Below, piece after piece: positions 30,113 through 44,076 of a stretch of 64,000 nt of DNA (positions within the stretch are counted from its first letter, which is position 1; every line of letters begins with the position of its first letter). The position numbers were made by a program, and so were the translations under genes. The notes beneath the pieces are model-generated. The model was not told the DNA's origin. It searched no databases and was given only the letters and a program-made list of their open reading frames with translations. This DNA comes from Octopus sinensis (lineage: Eukaryota), in assembly GCF_006345805.1 (NCBI RefSeq), contig NC_043012.1:48174001-48238000 (forward strand), in the 5' to 3' direction.

Positions 30113-30257
30113 GTCATTTGACTGCGGCCATGCTAGAACACTGCTTTTGTCGAACAAATCGATCCCATGACTCATTCTTTATAAGCCTAGTACTTATCAC
30201 ATCGTTCCCTTTTGCCGAAACGCTAAGTTACGCGGATGTGAACACACCAACATCGTT
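30113..30257 (-). mobile_element. SINE family A 3' half
   Basis: GTCATTTGACTGCGGCCATGCT..AAGCCTAGTACTTAT..TTTGCCGAAACGCTAAGTTACG is the reverse complement of the tail. Confidence 0.8.
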
Positions 30258-31427
30258 TATCATGCATATATATACATGTGCGTCTGTGCACGCACACACA
30301 CACACACAAACATATATATATATATATGTATATATCACCGTGACCGACTAGGCTATCAGATATTGCTACACATCGCTGGTCACAATGCGTTTCGCATTGT
30401 TTTAGCCTTCAAATGACGCCATCCCGCTGGCTAAGCGAGCAGGCCAATATATATATATATATATATATATATACGTAATATGTATATATATATATATGTA
30501 TTACATATATATATATATATTTTTACAAACACACACTCACACACACATTTGTATGTATCTAATTAAGTAGCAGCGCGAGAGGGGGGTAGGAGTATATATA
30601 TGGACTATGTGTAGGGGTGGAGTAGAGTCTCAAACTGAATGAAAGTTGTGTTGGTGTTCGGGTATATTAGTATTTATGTGTGAATGAGAAGGCGCGATTG
30701 TTGGTGCATTTGTTGCGGTTGGACGCTTCTTTGTGTCTGTTTATAGCAGAAAGATGATAGACTCCATGTATATTGGTTTACGTACGTGCTTATGCACGTA
30801 AGCATGTATAAGGGTAAGTGCGTATTTATAGGACACTCAGGTCTGTTTGTACGAAGTGTTTATCTACGTGGCACTAAATGAAGGCGGGTATATATTGTAT
30901 CGCATTCGGGTGTCTGTAACTACCTGTGAGGGCGGATGTGTATTTAAAAGACCGTCTGATGGAAAAGATTGAGTGTGTGTGTGTGGTGTGTGTGTGTGTG
31001 TGCATTGTGCGCCTCCGGGTAGTTAAAGAGAGCGTTTATGCATGTGTAAGGGCAGGTTTGTATTGTGAGACAGCTGAAGAGCAAACAACGATATATGTAG
31101 ATGAATATGTGTATGTGTATGGAAGCGTGAGGGTAGCGGGTATCAGAAGGGATGACTGCATATGTGTGTGTGTGTGTATGTGTGTATGCGTCTGTGTGTG
31201 TGTGCGTGTATGGAGAACGTATACGTATAACAGTCGTATCAGAAACATTGAACGCATATTTGTGTGTGCATGTGTATGTGCGTGTGTATGTGTGTGCGCG
31301 CGCATATGGAGAGTGTATACGTATGACAGTCGTCTGGCAGATTGTGCGTATATATATGTGTGAGTGTGTGTCTGCTCATATGCAAATATATATGCATATT
31401 ACATACATACATATATATATATGTATG

Positions 31428-31473
<46 letters not shown>

Positions 31474-31507
31474 ATATGTATATTGTATATATATTAATAT
31501 TATATAA

Positions 31508-31548
<41 letters not shown>

Positions 31549-31576
31549 ATATATAATATATATATATATATGATAA

Positions 31577-31625
<49 letters not shown>

Positions 31626-32512
31626 GTATATGTGTACATCTATATATATATATATATAATATATATATATTATTACATCTAAATGTATGTTTGTATGGGT
31701 ATTTTTGTAACAGTCAGGTGGCAGGAAGGAGCGTGTAGGTGTTTGGGGAAGGGTATTTTCATAATAGTCGGGTGGCAAACCATGTGCGCAAGTGCGTATG
31801 TTTGTGTGCAAATTATGGTGATGAGGGGAACAAACAGAGACGTATCTATGTGTGTGTGGCGTATGTGTGTGTGTGTCTGTGTGCGTATGCGCATGTGTGG
31901 GAATGCATATGTGTGTGTGTGTATAGGAGGTGCTTCGATAATAGTCGGGTGGAAGACAGTGTTTGCATGAGAGGTGGGGGTGTTCTTGTAACAGACATGC
32001 TATGTGCATGTGTTTGTGTTTATGTGTCTGTGTGTGCATGTGTACGTGTGTATCAATCTGTCTGATCATGTGTGTTTCACAGAATGCATTTGTGGGTATA
32101 TGTGTGTGAGTATATGCATGCAACTGCATGCACGCGCGCGTGACCATGAGCGTGTGAGCCAGAGAGAGTACGAATAAACCGAAATTGCATTATTGCGTGT
32201 ACGTGCGATTGAATCAGAGCGTCTCTATGTGAGTAGTAGTAGTAGTTAGTAGTAGTAGTAGTAGTAGTAGTAAGTAGTAGTAGTTAGTAGTGGTGGTGGT
32301 GGTGGTGGTGGTGGTCGTCGTCGTCGTCGTCATAGTAGAAGTAGTAGAAAAGAGCGCAAAACAGAGAGAGAAAGGGAGACAGAAAAGAGAGAAAGAGAGA
32401 GAGCAAAAGAGAGAAAGAGAGAGAGCAAAAGAGAGAAAGAGAGAGAGCAAAAGAGAGAAAGAGAGAGAGCAAAAGATAGAGCAAAAGAGAGAAAGAGAGA
32501 GAAAAAGAGAGG

Positions 32513-32545
<33 letters not shown>

Positions 32546-33004
32546 AGATGGATTATGTTGTTTGTAAATGCATCTGAAAGAAAGTTATTCACAGTAAAGG
32601 AGGGAAAAATTGAGCGCGGGAGACGATTATGCAGAAATAAGTTTGAAGGGTCTACGTGAAAGTGAAAGAGGGAATAAGAGGGAAAGTAAATATGAGTGAA
32701 TGTAAAAAGGGAGAGGAACAGAGAAAGAGAGAGAGAGTGTGGGTGTTGTAGAATCAGTAATGATTTGTAGAGAGAGTGATAGAAATAATAAGCGAAAGAC
32801 AGACAGAAAGAGAGGGAGGGAGGGATGTGTAGAAGAAATTCGTGGACCCAAAACTAGAGAATGAGTTGAGGTGAATACGTGAGCGAATGATTGATTGTGT
32901 GAGGGGTTGAGTGAGTAAGGGAACAAAGGCATGAGTGTGAGCGTGAGAGTGTGACTGAGTAACTGAATAAATCAATCGCTGAGTGTGGTGTGGTGTGTGA
33001 GTGA

Positions 33005-33176
33005 CTTAGTGAGTGACTGAGCGAGTGAGTGAGTGGGTGAGTGAGTGAGTGAATGAGTGAGTGAGTGAGTGAGTGGGTGAGTGAGTGAATGAGTGAGTGA
33101 GTGAGTGGGTGAGTGAGTGGGTGAGTGAGTGAATGAGTGATGAGTGATGAGTGAATGAGTGAGTGAGTGAGTGTGA
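33005..33176. repeat. (GAGT)n microsatellite
   Basis: Direct inspection. Confidence 0.95.
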
Positions 33177-33183
33177 GCTTATA

Positions 33184-33588
33184 GGCACATTGAGTGGCTG
33201 TGAGTTAAAAAGTTTGCTTCTCAATAACATGGTTATAGTTCCAGAGTCACTGTCGGCTACTTACCAAAGACTTATGAGTGAATTTGGTAGATGGAAACTG
33301 AAAGAAGTGTGTTGTATATATGCAGATGTGTGTGTGTTTGTGTGTTTGTGTGTGTCTGTGTATATGAGTGTGTGTTATGTCCGTGTTTGTCTCCCACAAC
33401 CGTATGATAACTGGTGATAGTGTGCCACGTTCCCGCAACCAAGCAGTTCGACAAATGAGGTCGATAGATAAGTACCAGGCTGAAAAACAAAATAAGTAGT
33501 GGGGTCGCTTCCATCGATTAAAATTTAAGGATTGCACCAGCATGGCCGCAGTCTAATGATAGAAATAAGTAACAGAAAATGATAAAAG
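33184..33588 (+). mobile_element. SINE family A (diverged)
   Basis: GAATTTGGTAGATGGAAACTGAAAGAAG and the CCAGCATGGCCGCAGTCTAATGA tail. Confidence 0.8.
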
Positions 33589-33679
33589 ATCTCAGTGGGT
33601 TTAGAAGTGAGGGTGTTTGAGTGTGTGTTAAAAATGTGAGTGAGTGTATGAGAAAAACACGAGTGGTGGGATAATGCGA

Positions 33680-34152
33680 TTGAGTGAGTGAGTGAGTGAA
33701 AGAGTGAGCAAAACGTGAAGGAGAATGTGAATGAATGAAGTCTGTGAGTAAGAATGAGTGTAAGTGAGTGAAAGAGTGAGCAAAGAGTGAATGAGAATGT
33801 TAATAAATTAAGTGTGTGAGTGAGCAAAAGTGAAGGAGAGTGTGAATGAATGAAGTGTGTGTGAGTGAGTGAAAAAGTGAGCAAAGAGTGATGAAAATGA
33901 ATTGTGATTGAGAATGCGTGTGTGTGAGAGAAAAAGTGCGAATGAGAATGAATGAAGTGTGTGATTGAGTGAAAGAGTGAGCAAAGAGTGAATGAGAATA
34001 TGAATGAAGTGTGTGATTGAGAATGAGTGTGAGTGAAGGAGAGAGCAAAAGGTGAAGGAGAATATGAATGAATGAAGTGTGTGAGTGAGAATAAGTGTGA
34101 GTGAGTGAAAGAGTGAGCAAAATGTCAATGAGAATGTGAATGAATGAAGTGT
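33680..34152. repeat. Degenerate purine-rich minisatellite of irregular period
   Basis: Recurrent GAGTGAAAGAGTGAGCAAA..GAGAATGTGAATGAATGAAGTGTGTGA units. Confidence 0.8.
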
Positions 34153-34932
34153 ATGCGTTAATGAGGAAATATACAAGTTAGCGTGTTTCTGATTGACAGG
34201 ATGAAAGAGTGAAAGAAAATGGGAAATGAGAGAAAGTGAGTGAGAGAGAGAGGGGGGAGGGACAGAGATGAAGAAAGAGAGAGAAAGAGAAGTGAAGAGA
34301 GAAAGAGAGGGGAAAAGAAAGAGAAATTATGGGTGGTTAGCAGAGAGGATCTTACATGGCATGTGACATCAAGAGATAGGGGATATGAAAAGGGTTAAAT
34401 AATGGGATGGGGGTAGGATCATAGAGTTGAGATCACAAAGACAGGATGTGGGGTGGCGATTCAATACACAAATGTAAACATTAAAACTCAGACGTGTTAG
34501 GGGTCTGGGTAAGGGACTGAGGCTAGACAATGTGATCGATACAGACAAGGGTAAAACCGATGCGGAGGTGTCTGGAAGGATTGTTGCGAACAGTGAATGC
34601 AAAAGCGTGTGTTTGCGTACGTGTGTTTGTATTGGGGGTTGTTTGTTTTGTTGTTGTGTGTGTTTGGTGGAGGTGTGCTTATGACAGGGAATCAGGGAAC
34701 CAGGGAACCATGGAACAGAGGGTGGATGGTAAGTTGGATCAGTGCAGGAACGGAAGGCTGTTCTGGAAAATAAGCGATATGTAAATAAAATAAGAAAAAA
34801 AAAATGATTACTTCAGTGACGTATGGATGAAAGAAAAAGACTGATAGCAAATGTACACACGCACAAAAATGTACACGTGTGTGTATGTGCGGGTGTATAT
34901 GTATGTATAACTATACATGTGTGTGCCTGTGT

Positions 34933-34967
<35 letters not shown>

Positions 34968-34970
34968 TAC

Positions 34971-35044
<74 letters not shown>

Positions 35045-35482
35045 GAATGACAATACTTATTTATACATGCATATATATACATACATACAAACATATGTAC
35101 ATATATACGAACATACATAAATGCATACGAACACACACACAACACATACACACACACACATACACACACACACATATATATATATATATGTGTGTACATA
35201 TATACGCATGCATCCATAATAATTGTCTGCTTTGCGTTTGCTTTCATGACCCATCCACAATCCAGTGATATGTTTATGTGAATGTGTAGGAAAGCGAGTG
35301 AATTTGATAGAAGGTAGACAACACTTTACGTCTTTGCAGTTAGACGCTGTTAAATACCGTATAATCGAACAGGTTAATGCACTATTTTCTTCGGTCTACT
35401 TGAAACTTTTAAAAAACCACCATGCATATATACTTACACACACGCACACACACTCTCACACACTCAGGCGCATACACACACA

Positions 35483-35552
<70 letters not shown>

Positions 35553-35554
35553 AT

Positions 35555-35826
35555 ACAGGGATGGCACTCCATCGGCTACGACAACGAAGGTTCCGGTTGA
35601 TCCGATCAACGGAACAGCCTGTCTGTGGAATTTACGTGCATGTGGCTGAGTACTCCACAGACATGTGCTCTCTTAACGTAGTTCTCACAACTCATTTTTG
35701 CCAGCTGAGTGGACTGGAATAACATGAAATAAATTGTCTTGCTCAAAGACACATCGCGTCGCCGGGGATGGAACTCATGACCTTGCATTCGTGAGCTGAA
35801 TACCCTAACCAGTAAGTCAAACGCCT
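35555..35826 (-). mobile_element. tRNA-derived SINE family C
   Basis: Minus strand has the head TGGTTAGGGTATTCAGCTCACGA..GAGTTCCATCCCCGG, then TGTGTCTTTGAGCAAGACAATTTATTTCATGTT. A related head lies at 58975. Confidence 0.75.
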
Positions 35827-36826
35827 ACACACACACACACACATATATACACACACATACATACATACATACATACGTACATACATACCTACATACATAC
35901 ATACATGCATACATACATACATACATACGTACATGCATACGTACGTACATACATACATACATGCATACGTACGTACATACATACATACATACATACATAC
36001 ATACATACATACATACATACATACATACATACATACATACATACACATGAGCAAAAACCTCGCAAGATTTCACTGGTTAAGATGCATCGTTTCTTACACC
36101 GGTGGTCTTAATAATCCAACAAAAGCTGATAGCTCAAGGAAATATATATCTTTGTGTGAAATCGCGTACGCGTCCATGAGGATATATATATGTACATATC
36201 TACGCATATATACACATATATATATGTCTACATAAATACATTCAGGCATACATACGCACACACATATATACAGGTATGTATTAATTTCGAGACTCGCATG
36301 AACATCTTTCTCTCACTCATTCATTTATACAAATATAAATTTATACAACATTAGTCATACATCCTACTATTTGGCAACTAGTTGTTGAGCACTCACTGTG
36401 AGTAAGTATCTCGAACAGAGGAAGTAAGATGTCCACGTGCGTCTAGTTAGGACATGTATAGCTCCTAGCCATTTTAAAGTTCCTAATTGTATATCCTTCC
36501 TAGCGAAGCTCGCTGGAGGTATTTTCTATTTCTCGTTAAAACACGATTTTCCGGTTGTATGTAAAATGCTCTTTTCGTTCCCCTTGTGTGTTCCAGACGC
36601 TTTATAATTAACCCCTTATGCTGACTTATATATGCATACTCATATATACATATTCATATAGTTATATACCAACGTATGTGTGTGCGCGCATCCTTATATG
36701 CATGCATGTATGTACATATATTTATATATATTTATCTGTCTGTCTATCTGTCTGTCTGTCTATCTGTCTGTCTATCTGTCTGTCTGTCTATCTGTCTGTC
36801 AATCTATCTGTCTGTCTGCCTGTCTG

Positions 36827-36879
<53 letters not shown>

Positions 36880-37331
36880 ATATATATATATATATATTTA
36901 TCTAAATATATATATATACAAATAGATGTATACATACACACACAAACACACGCATGTATGAGTATATATATATATGTGTGTATGTGTGTGTGCGTTTGTG
37001 TGTATGTGTGCGTGCGTGTGTGTGTGTGTTTGTGTATATAGATACAATAATATCGAACAGTGAGAATGAGTGCTGACTCCGCATTGGTGGATAAATATTC
37101 TTTATTCGTAGGATAACCAGACAACCATTGTTTCCATGTAGGTAGAGATACCTCTCAAAAACTATTCAGGCCTGCCACATGGGCGTTGAATTTCGTTTAC
37201 ATGTTGGATAAAATCATCGGCGATGGAGACGACCAAGAATGTCCCATGAGACATAATTGAAGACTTACAGAGTGATAACTCTCTCTACATGAAACTAATG
37301 GTAGTCTGGATATTTAAGGAAGAATACATAA

Positions 37332-37590
37332 GCGTGGGTGAGTGGTAAGAAGCTTGCTTCCAAGTTCAATTCCACTGTGTGGCACCTTGGTCAAATGTCT
37401 TCTACTATAGGTTCGAGCCGACTAAAGCCTTGTGAGTAGATTCGGTGTGTATGTTTGTGTGCGTATGTGCGTGAGTGTGTGTGTGTACACACACACACAT
37501 ATACATAAATATGTATATATGTTTGGGTTTGGGTTTTCCTTCCATCACCGTATGACAACCGGTGTTGGTGTGTTTATGTCCCTGGAGCTA
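37332..37590 (+). mobile_element. SINE family A, truncated at the mariner insertion
   Basis: GTGGTAAGAAGCTTGCTTCC..CACTGTGTGGCACCTTGG..GACAACCGGTGTTGGTGTGTTTATGTCCC stops at the mariner TIR. Confidence 0.8.
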
Positions 37591-37594
37591 TATA

Positions 37595-38866
37595 TCAGAC
37601 TGAGTAAAAAGTAAGCAACGTTTTGAAACATCAAATTCATCACGCTATATTTCACTAATGCGGGAGTTTTATTCATGATAGTAAGTACCATTACAATCAA
37701 CGCGTTTTTGCAAACGAGTTTCTAGTTTGTTATTTCTGGTAACATAAAATTCTGGAGTTTTGGTTGTGATGAACGTTTAAACGCACTTTCAGCATCGGTT
37801 TGATTTTTGAACTCCTCCTCTTCTCTCACGGGAAACCATCAAGGTGCTTGAAAAAATGGTAGTCGGTATGAGAAAGGACTGGGGAATAAGCTGGGTGAGG
37901 AAGAAGTTCGTAGCCCTCAACTTCTGGAGCGTCATTAGTGAAATGTGTGGTCGAGTATTGTCATAAAGAATAATTGACTCACTTTTGGTGACTAGTCTGG
38001 GACGGAATAGTAGTAGTTTTTCGTTCATTATGGCAATTTCATGGTAATATCTTTCAGCCGTAATGGTTTTTCCAGGTTTTAATAAGTTATAGTGGATGAG
38101 TCCAGCGGTGCCCCACTAATAAGTCACCACAAACTTGTCTTTGAAGAGCTCGGGTTTAGGGAAGATTTTCAGTGCTTCATTTTGGTGAAACAACAACGAA
38201 GAACGATTTTGTTATTGTACAGAATCCACTTTAAATCGGTGGTTACAAGTTACAATGCGGTCGAGAAACGGATCGGTCTGCTTACGGAGAAGAAGCGACG
38301 AGCAAATTTGATACCTGCACATTTTCTGATTTTCATTCAAATCCTGTGGTACCCATTTGCCGAGCATTTTTAATTTTCCGATCGCATGCAAATGGCTGAA
38401 GATAGTTTTCTGGCTAACTTGAAGTTCTTTTGCCAGTTCTCGACTGGTTTTACGTGGATCTTTCTACAATTGACCGTCATCGATGACAGGCGTCCACTAC
38501 GCTCGCGATTTTCAAGGCTTAGGTCTTCACTGTGAAATCGTCTAGAACATTTTCGAACTGACCACTCACTGGTCATTTCCTCACGAAATCTTTCGTTGAT
38601 ATCGTGAGAAGTTTCAGTTGCTTTACATCCTTTTTTCAAGTTTCACAGCAAAATTACTCGAATATAGCGCTATGGCAATTCCATTTCAAATGATTATAAC
38701 AACGGGGAAAAAAAATCAACGTTAACTTATTGATGCATTTGGGCAAAGCTATATCTATATTATCAGAGAATTGCAATAGAATGTATAAAAAAAACTGAAG
38801 ACTCTGCAAAAATCCGGTACAAATTCTTCATGGGTCAAAACGTTGCTTACTTTTTACTCAACTTGA
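37595..38866 (-). mobile_element. Full-length but decayed mariner transposon (1272 bp)
   Basis: TA-flanked ~32-bp TIRs (tcagactgagtaaaaagtaagcaacgttttga / tcaaaacgttgcttactttttactcaacttga). Minus-strand fragments KKGCKATETSHDINERF..SLENRERSGR, PFLDRIVTC and ILYDNTRPHISLMTLQKL. Confidence 0.92.
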
Positions 38867-38885
38867 TATATGTATGTGTGTGTGA

Positions 38886-38934
<49 letters not shown>

Positions 38935-38937
38935 TAC

Positions 38938-38993
<56 letters not shown>

Positions 38994-39085
38994 GTGGATA
39001 GAGAGATATTATATATATATATATATACGTATATATACATATATACATTAATATATATATATATATATATATAGATATATATATA

Positions 39086-39128
<43 letters not shown>

Positions 39129-39243
39129 TATATACATATACATATATATATGTGTGTGTATGCATGCGCGTCTGTGTGTGTATATGTATATGTATATACA
39201 TATATATATACATACATATGCATTAATATATATATAAATATAT

Positions 39244-39770
39244 TACAAAATTAGAGAATGGAGAAATATACTTAAATCAGTAAAACATCAACTATCCGAT
39301 GATACTCAATCCATACTTTAATACACCATTACATATGAGTAAAGGCAATACATAAAATGAAATGAGATATACAGTAATAGTAAAAAGATAAAGAGATAAG
39401 TAAAAATTTTCAAATATAATATTTGAAAATTTTTTACTTATATCTCTTTATCTTTTTACTATTACTGTATATCTCATTTCATTTTATGTATTGCCTTTAC
39501 TCATATGTAATGGTGTATTAAAGTATGGATTGAGTATCATCGGATAGTTGATGTTTTACTGATTTAAGTATATTTCTCCATTCTCTAATTTTGTAGTATT
39601 AATTTACGGTAATATTATTACCTTTACCCATATAATGCAATAGATGAACTGATTGTTTGACAATTTTTAACATCTATGTATTAATTTTGTTGGGTACCTA
39701 TCTAGCAGTATATTGGATATATATTATCCCATGGTGGGTTGAACTTTCAACCCCTATCTCATTTTATAAT
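39244..39770. mobile_element. Fold-back insertion in (TA)n (PLE-type 5' inversion)
   Basis: Arms of ~175 bp (39244-39417 / 39419-39595) turn at a single base. The right arm continues to 39770, and this extension resembles 47080-47238. Confidence 0.7.
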
Positions 39771-39804
39771 ATATATAAATATATATATATATACACACAC
39801 ACAC

Positions 39805-39844
<40 letters not shown>

Positions 39845-40695
39845 ATGGATAGACAGGAGCATCTTCTCTGTAACTCGAATGTTGCGCGATGATTTAGATC
39901 CTTCAGAAGATTAGCGATATGTAAATATACCGGCATTTTATTTATAATGGATGTATTGCAAGGTTCCTTGTATGCTTTCAAGTGTTTGACATATATTTTA
40001 GTCGCGTATCAAATAATATGTAATGTAGAGTCCTCTCAGAGAACAAAAGTATCGATTAGACAACTCAAAATACACATTGTGAGATGCATGCGTTTAGTTA
40101 CCTCAAACTTTCTTACACACACACACACGCACACACACACACATAGACACTCTCACACACATACTCACACGCACACATACACACACACACTATTGTATTC
40201 TTTTTTATGGCATAAACAAATGGACAGGCATATGAAACGCATCCCACTTTCAGCAATCCATATTCAGAAAAAAATGGATTTTTGTCCATTAGAGCATGTA
40301 ATATTTAAAACAAAATCGTAGTACATTACAAAACTACCTTAGTCATAGCAGAAATCATTACTGTATATAAAAAGTAAATTAGTAATACATCTGCACACAA
40401 AGCAAGAAATCACGATAGTGAAAATATCTTGCATGATTACAATAATAAAACATGCATGAAAAACCAAAGCAGACTACAGAATAGATTTTATAAACAGCAA
40501 GCGTCTGTCATAGTTTAGCATAAAGGATTGCAAGAAATAATAATGATGTTTATGGAAATATTGTGGAGTCAAATTAGCTAGAAGCTACCGTCTGGATTAA
40601 AATTAGTCTATAATAGTGAGCGACAGGAACAAAATGTCTTTAAGAGAGGACCAACATTGTATATAGGACACTTGATGATATATATATATATATAT

Positions 40696-40825
40696 AACAA
40701 AGTTGAGTTGTGGGGTATCGCACGAGTGGAATTATATACGAAAGAAGGTTTGGAAATGCAATTTAAAAGATGTTTATTTACAAGTAAATAAACATCTTTT
40801 AAATTGCATTTTCAAACCTTCTTTC

Positions 40826-40832
<7 letters not shown>
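40696..40832. mobile_element. Short fold-back insertion in (TA)n
   Basis: 49-bp arms 40733-40781 / 40784-40832 (1 mismatch) with a 2-nt loop. Confidence 0.7.
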
Positions 40833-40857
<25 letters not shown>

Positions 40858-40860
<3 letters not shown>

Positions 40861-41036
40861 GGTCCCGGGTTGATTCGGGGTTAACCACAGTAAATAAGGT
40901 ACTCAATACATAGCAGAGTAAAATTAATTTATTATATAGAAGGAGCTTCTACAGGACTAGAACTGTTTCATTCAAGAGAAATCTTCCTGAAGATTTCTCT
41001 TGAATGAAACAGTTCTAGTCCTGTAGAAGCTCCTTC

Positions 41037-41045
<9 letters not shown>
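40858..41045. mobile_element. Short fold-back insertion in (TA)n carrying a truncated hammerhead core
   Basis: 57-bp perfect arms 40930-40986 / 40989-41045. The plus strand 40987-41020 reads CUGAAGA-UUUC-UCUU-GAAU-GAAAC-AGUUCUA-GUC. Confidence 0.65.
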
Positions 41046-41123
<78 letters not shown>

Positions 41124-42694
41124 CGATGTATATTAAAGCTCTCATCAGAAAGAAAATAATTTAACATTAATGCCCACCCTGGAATAAATTCTAGCTAGAA
41201 GTGGTTTTAAGAAAACTCTGAAATAAATAAATTAGCAAATAAAAAATATTAAAAAAAAGCACATAAAGTAAAACTAGAAAACTGATCTTGTATAACATTT
41301 ATCGTTGTAATAATGCATCCGGAAATATTACCAAAACTCATCTCACATTGTAAATACGCATTTTCTGCTTCCTGCTGATATATCACTTCATCATCGACAA
41401 AGAAAACAAAAGAAAAAAGTATTAGATCTTCTATAGCTGTAGGGAAAACGTAGTACTACAAATCTCTGACCACAAACAAAAATCTATAAAGAGTAAACTT
41501 ACGCGAATACTGTCGTTGAGACATAACTAGATGGATTTTAGATAGATATTACCTATCTAAGGAAATTGTATCCCCAGATATTGAATCAATCGTTTGCACA
41601 ATGAAGGCAGATATTTTTTTTAACTGAGAATACTTTTAATCAGAATAACCTGCACACCATTTGCTCTGGTCCACAAATATGTGCAATGCCACGTTCCTTT
41701 CGAAATATGTTTGGTTTTTCAAAGATAAACAAGAAACTAATCTAAATAGAACATGTAATATTTTAGTAAACACATTGGCACGTAGCGGCCTCTGTTGCTA
41801 CAAGAAAACTCAGGGTCTTTACTATACATGTCCATATTTAAATATGATAGAAATAAATTTCTCATCGTGTTTCCATGTCTCAAAAATATAAACATCAAGA
41901 ATCCGAAGCTATTCCTGTGCCCATTGACTTTTAATGCCACCTGATTGAATAGTCTCGACATTTTGTGTTAAGAAGCTCGAGACGAAAGACCAAGCTAAAA
42001 TTTGAGCTAAATATTGATTTTTATTATCAAGACTGGAACAGTTTCCTCCCCTTAAGGAAGCTATTTTCATGTCTGTACTCCACTGAAAGTATTTTCAGTT
42101 GTGAATTGCAACCATGTACACGAGACACATGTGGTAGATGTTACCCAATAAGTCAGGCGCGTCACCGAGTCTTCTTGAAATTAGAATATGCTTTTCGTAA
42201 TAAAACAAAAATGTCCATCTGAGAGACACAGCATTCGTACAACTTACAGTAACGACAAATACACCCACATACATTTAATAAATAAAGCTTACCTACTAAT
42301 GTGTGTGTGTGTGTATCTTTCTGCCTGTGTGTGTCGGTCAAAATTTACACCCACATAATTTCAAACTTTTATTCAACTGGAACACAAAGCTCGTAGATTT
42401 AGCGAGTAAACGGTTGAATAGACCAGAGATACGCATAAGGTCAACGTAATGCTCAGTACGACGGTGAGGAGATAAGGCACAATTTATGCGCCAGGCTTGC
42501 ATACAGTTTCTGTCCAGTTTCATTCTTAAGGCATAATGGGCCCGAGGCTAGAGAAAAGACACTTGCTTTGAATTAACTGACATGCTTCGTGCGCTGAGTC
42601 TCATGAATGTAGGAAAGTATTATACATACATCATACATACATACATACATACATACATGCATACAAACATATATATATATATATTATATATATA

Positions 42695-42755
<61 letters not shown>

Positions 42756-42864
42756 GCAAGCTTTTAAATATGGTTTTGGGATGTTCTACAGTTTTAGTGA
42801 TAAGGTGTTTAATAATATTTTACCAAATACTTGTGCACTATTCCATGTGACAGCGATTGTTTTT

Positions 42865-43180
42865 CATTTTACTTATCCCCCAGATCAGATTTATCAAGCA
42901 GATTTATGATGAGACATGTTCCTGCCGTGACCATCCATCTTTTACCTCTACGGTATGTATTAGATATATATTTTTATAATATCTGCTGCAGGCCGGGAGA
43001 CCGAAGCATTCAGTCGTCCGTCAATGAAATTTATGGAAAATCTACAAAAGATATCTAGATATTATTCATCTGGGACTGTATTATGCAATGTGCCATCACT
43101 TTCTTTAAAAAGTAGGGCGGCATTAAGGGAGATTTCTACGACTATTTCTTACTAGGAAAGTAACAACGTGGAGTCTCCTT
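42865..43180 (-). mobile_element. Old interspersed repeat (weakly related copies at ~23840-24000 and ~53475-53650)
   Basis: Shared degenerate CTGCTAGAAATA..AAATC..CCTA..CTTAAAA-like and GGTCACGGC.GGAA-like segments, judged by eye. Confidence 0.4.
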
Positions 43181-44033
43181 CATTCGATTAATCCCATTTC
43201 ATTTCTTTAATTAAGTATTAATTTGTTACATTTTCCTATGAAACTGAAACAGGTGTATATTTGGTGGGTGTACATACATTAGACAGATTATAGTCGATTG
43301 AAGCATACCTATGACAGTGTATATAGTGGTCAACTGGTGCAATCACTAGCGCTCCGGTGATCTTACTTTGCAGTAACCGAGCCATGTTTCTACGCCTCCA
43401 TAGAGATTAACTTTATTTTTCACTATTTTGGGAGTTAATAAATAAAATACCGGTTCTGTACTGCAGCCAGTTTTTTTCTCTTTTTCTCATTCTTTCTTTC
43501 TATCTACTTTGGAAGAAATCGGTAGTTGTCAGCACTGAGGATATACGCCAAGTCTAAAAATGCTCAAGATGTGCCATATTTCACAACGGTGCCTCTGCGA
43601 CACAAAGAAGTCGAAGGCTCGAGACCAAGCAAAGTCGGTGTATAGTTCATTGAAATGAAGTGTATATCACAGGTTTCCATGTCTTTTATTGATGATGCAA
43701 AATATGAAGGCAAAAAAAGTATACCCGCTGGCATTTGAACTCAGAACAGATATATAGCGAATACAGCTTCAATGATCACAGTATATTTTATGACAGGGGC
43801 ATAAAACTTAGCAGGGATGGAGAAGGGCTTGTAGGCAGGAGAGAACGAAGTGGAGTTTGTGTGTGTGTATGTGTGTGTGTGTGTTTGAGTGTGCAGCCGA
43901 GAGGAGGGAGTGGGAAAGAGTGACAAAGAATAGATACAACTTAAGAAATAAAGCTATAAACGAAGAAGTGAAGAAGAGAAAAAAAAGTGGAGGAAGAGCA
44001 GAAGGAAATACGTAGAAGAAGAAGGGAAGTGAG

Positions 44034-44076
<43 letters not shown>

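Noticed and set aside
31200-31960. Spaced short repeats (ATAATAGTCGGGTGG; TATACGTAT.ACAGTCGT), superficially CRISPR-like
   Set aside because: Irregular spacing, degenerate copies, TG-microsatellite spacers, a eukaryotic context and no cas genes.
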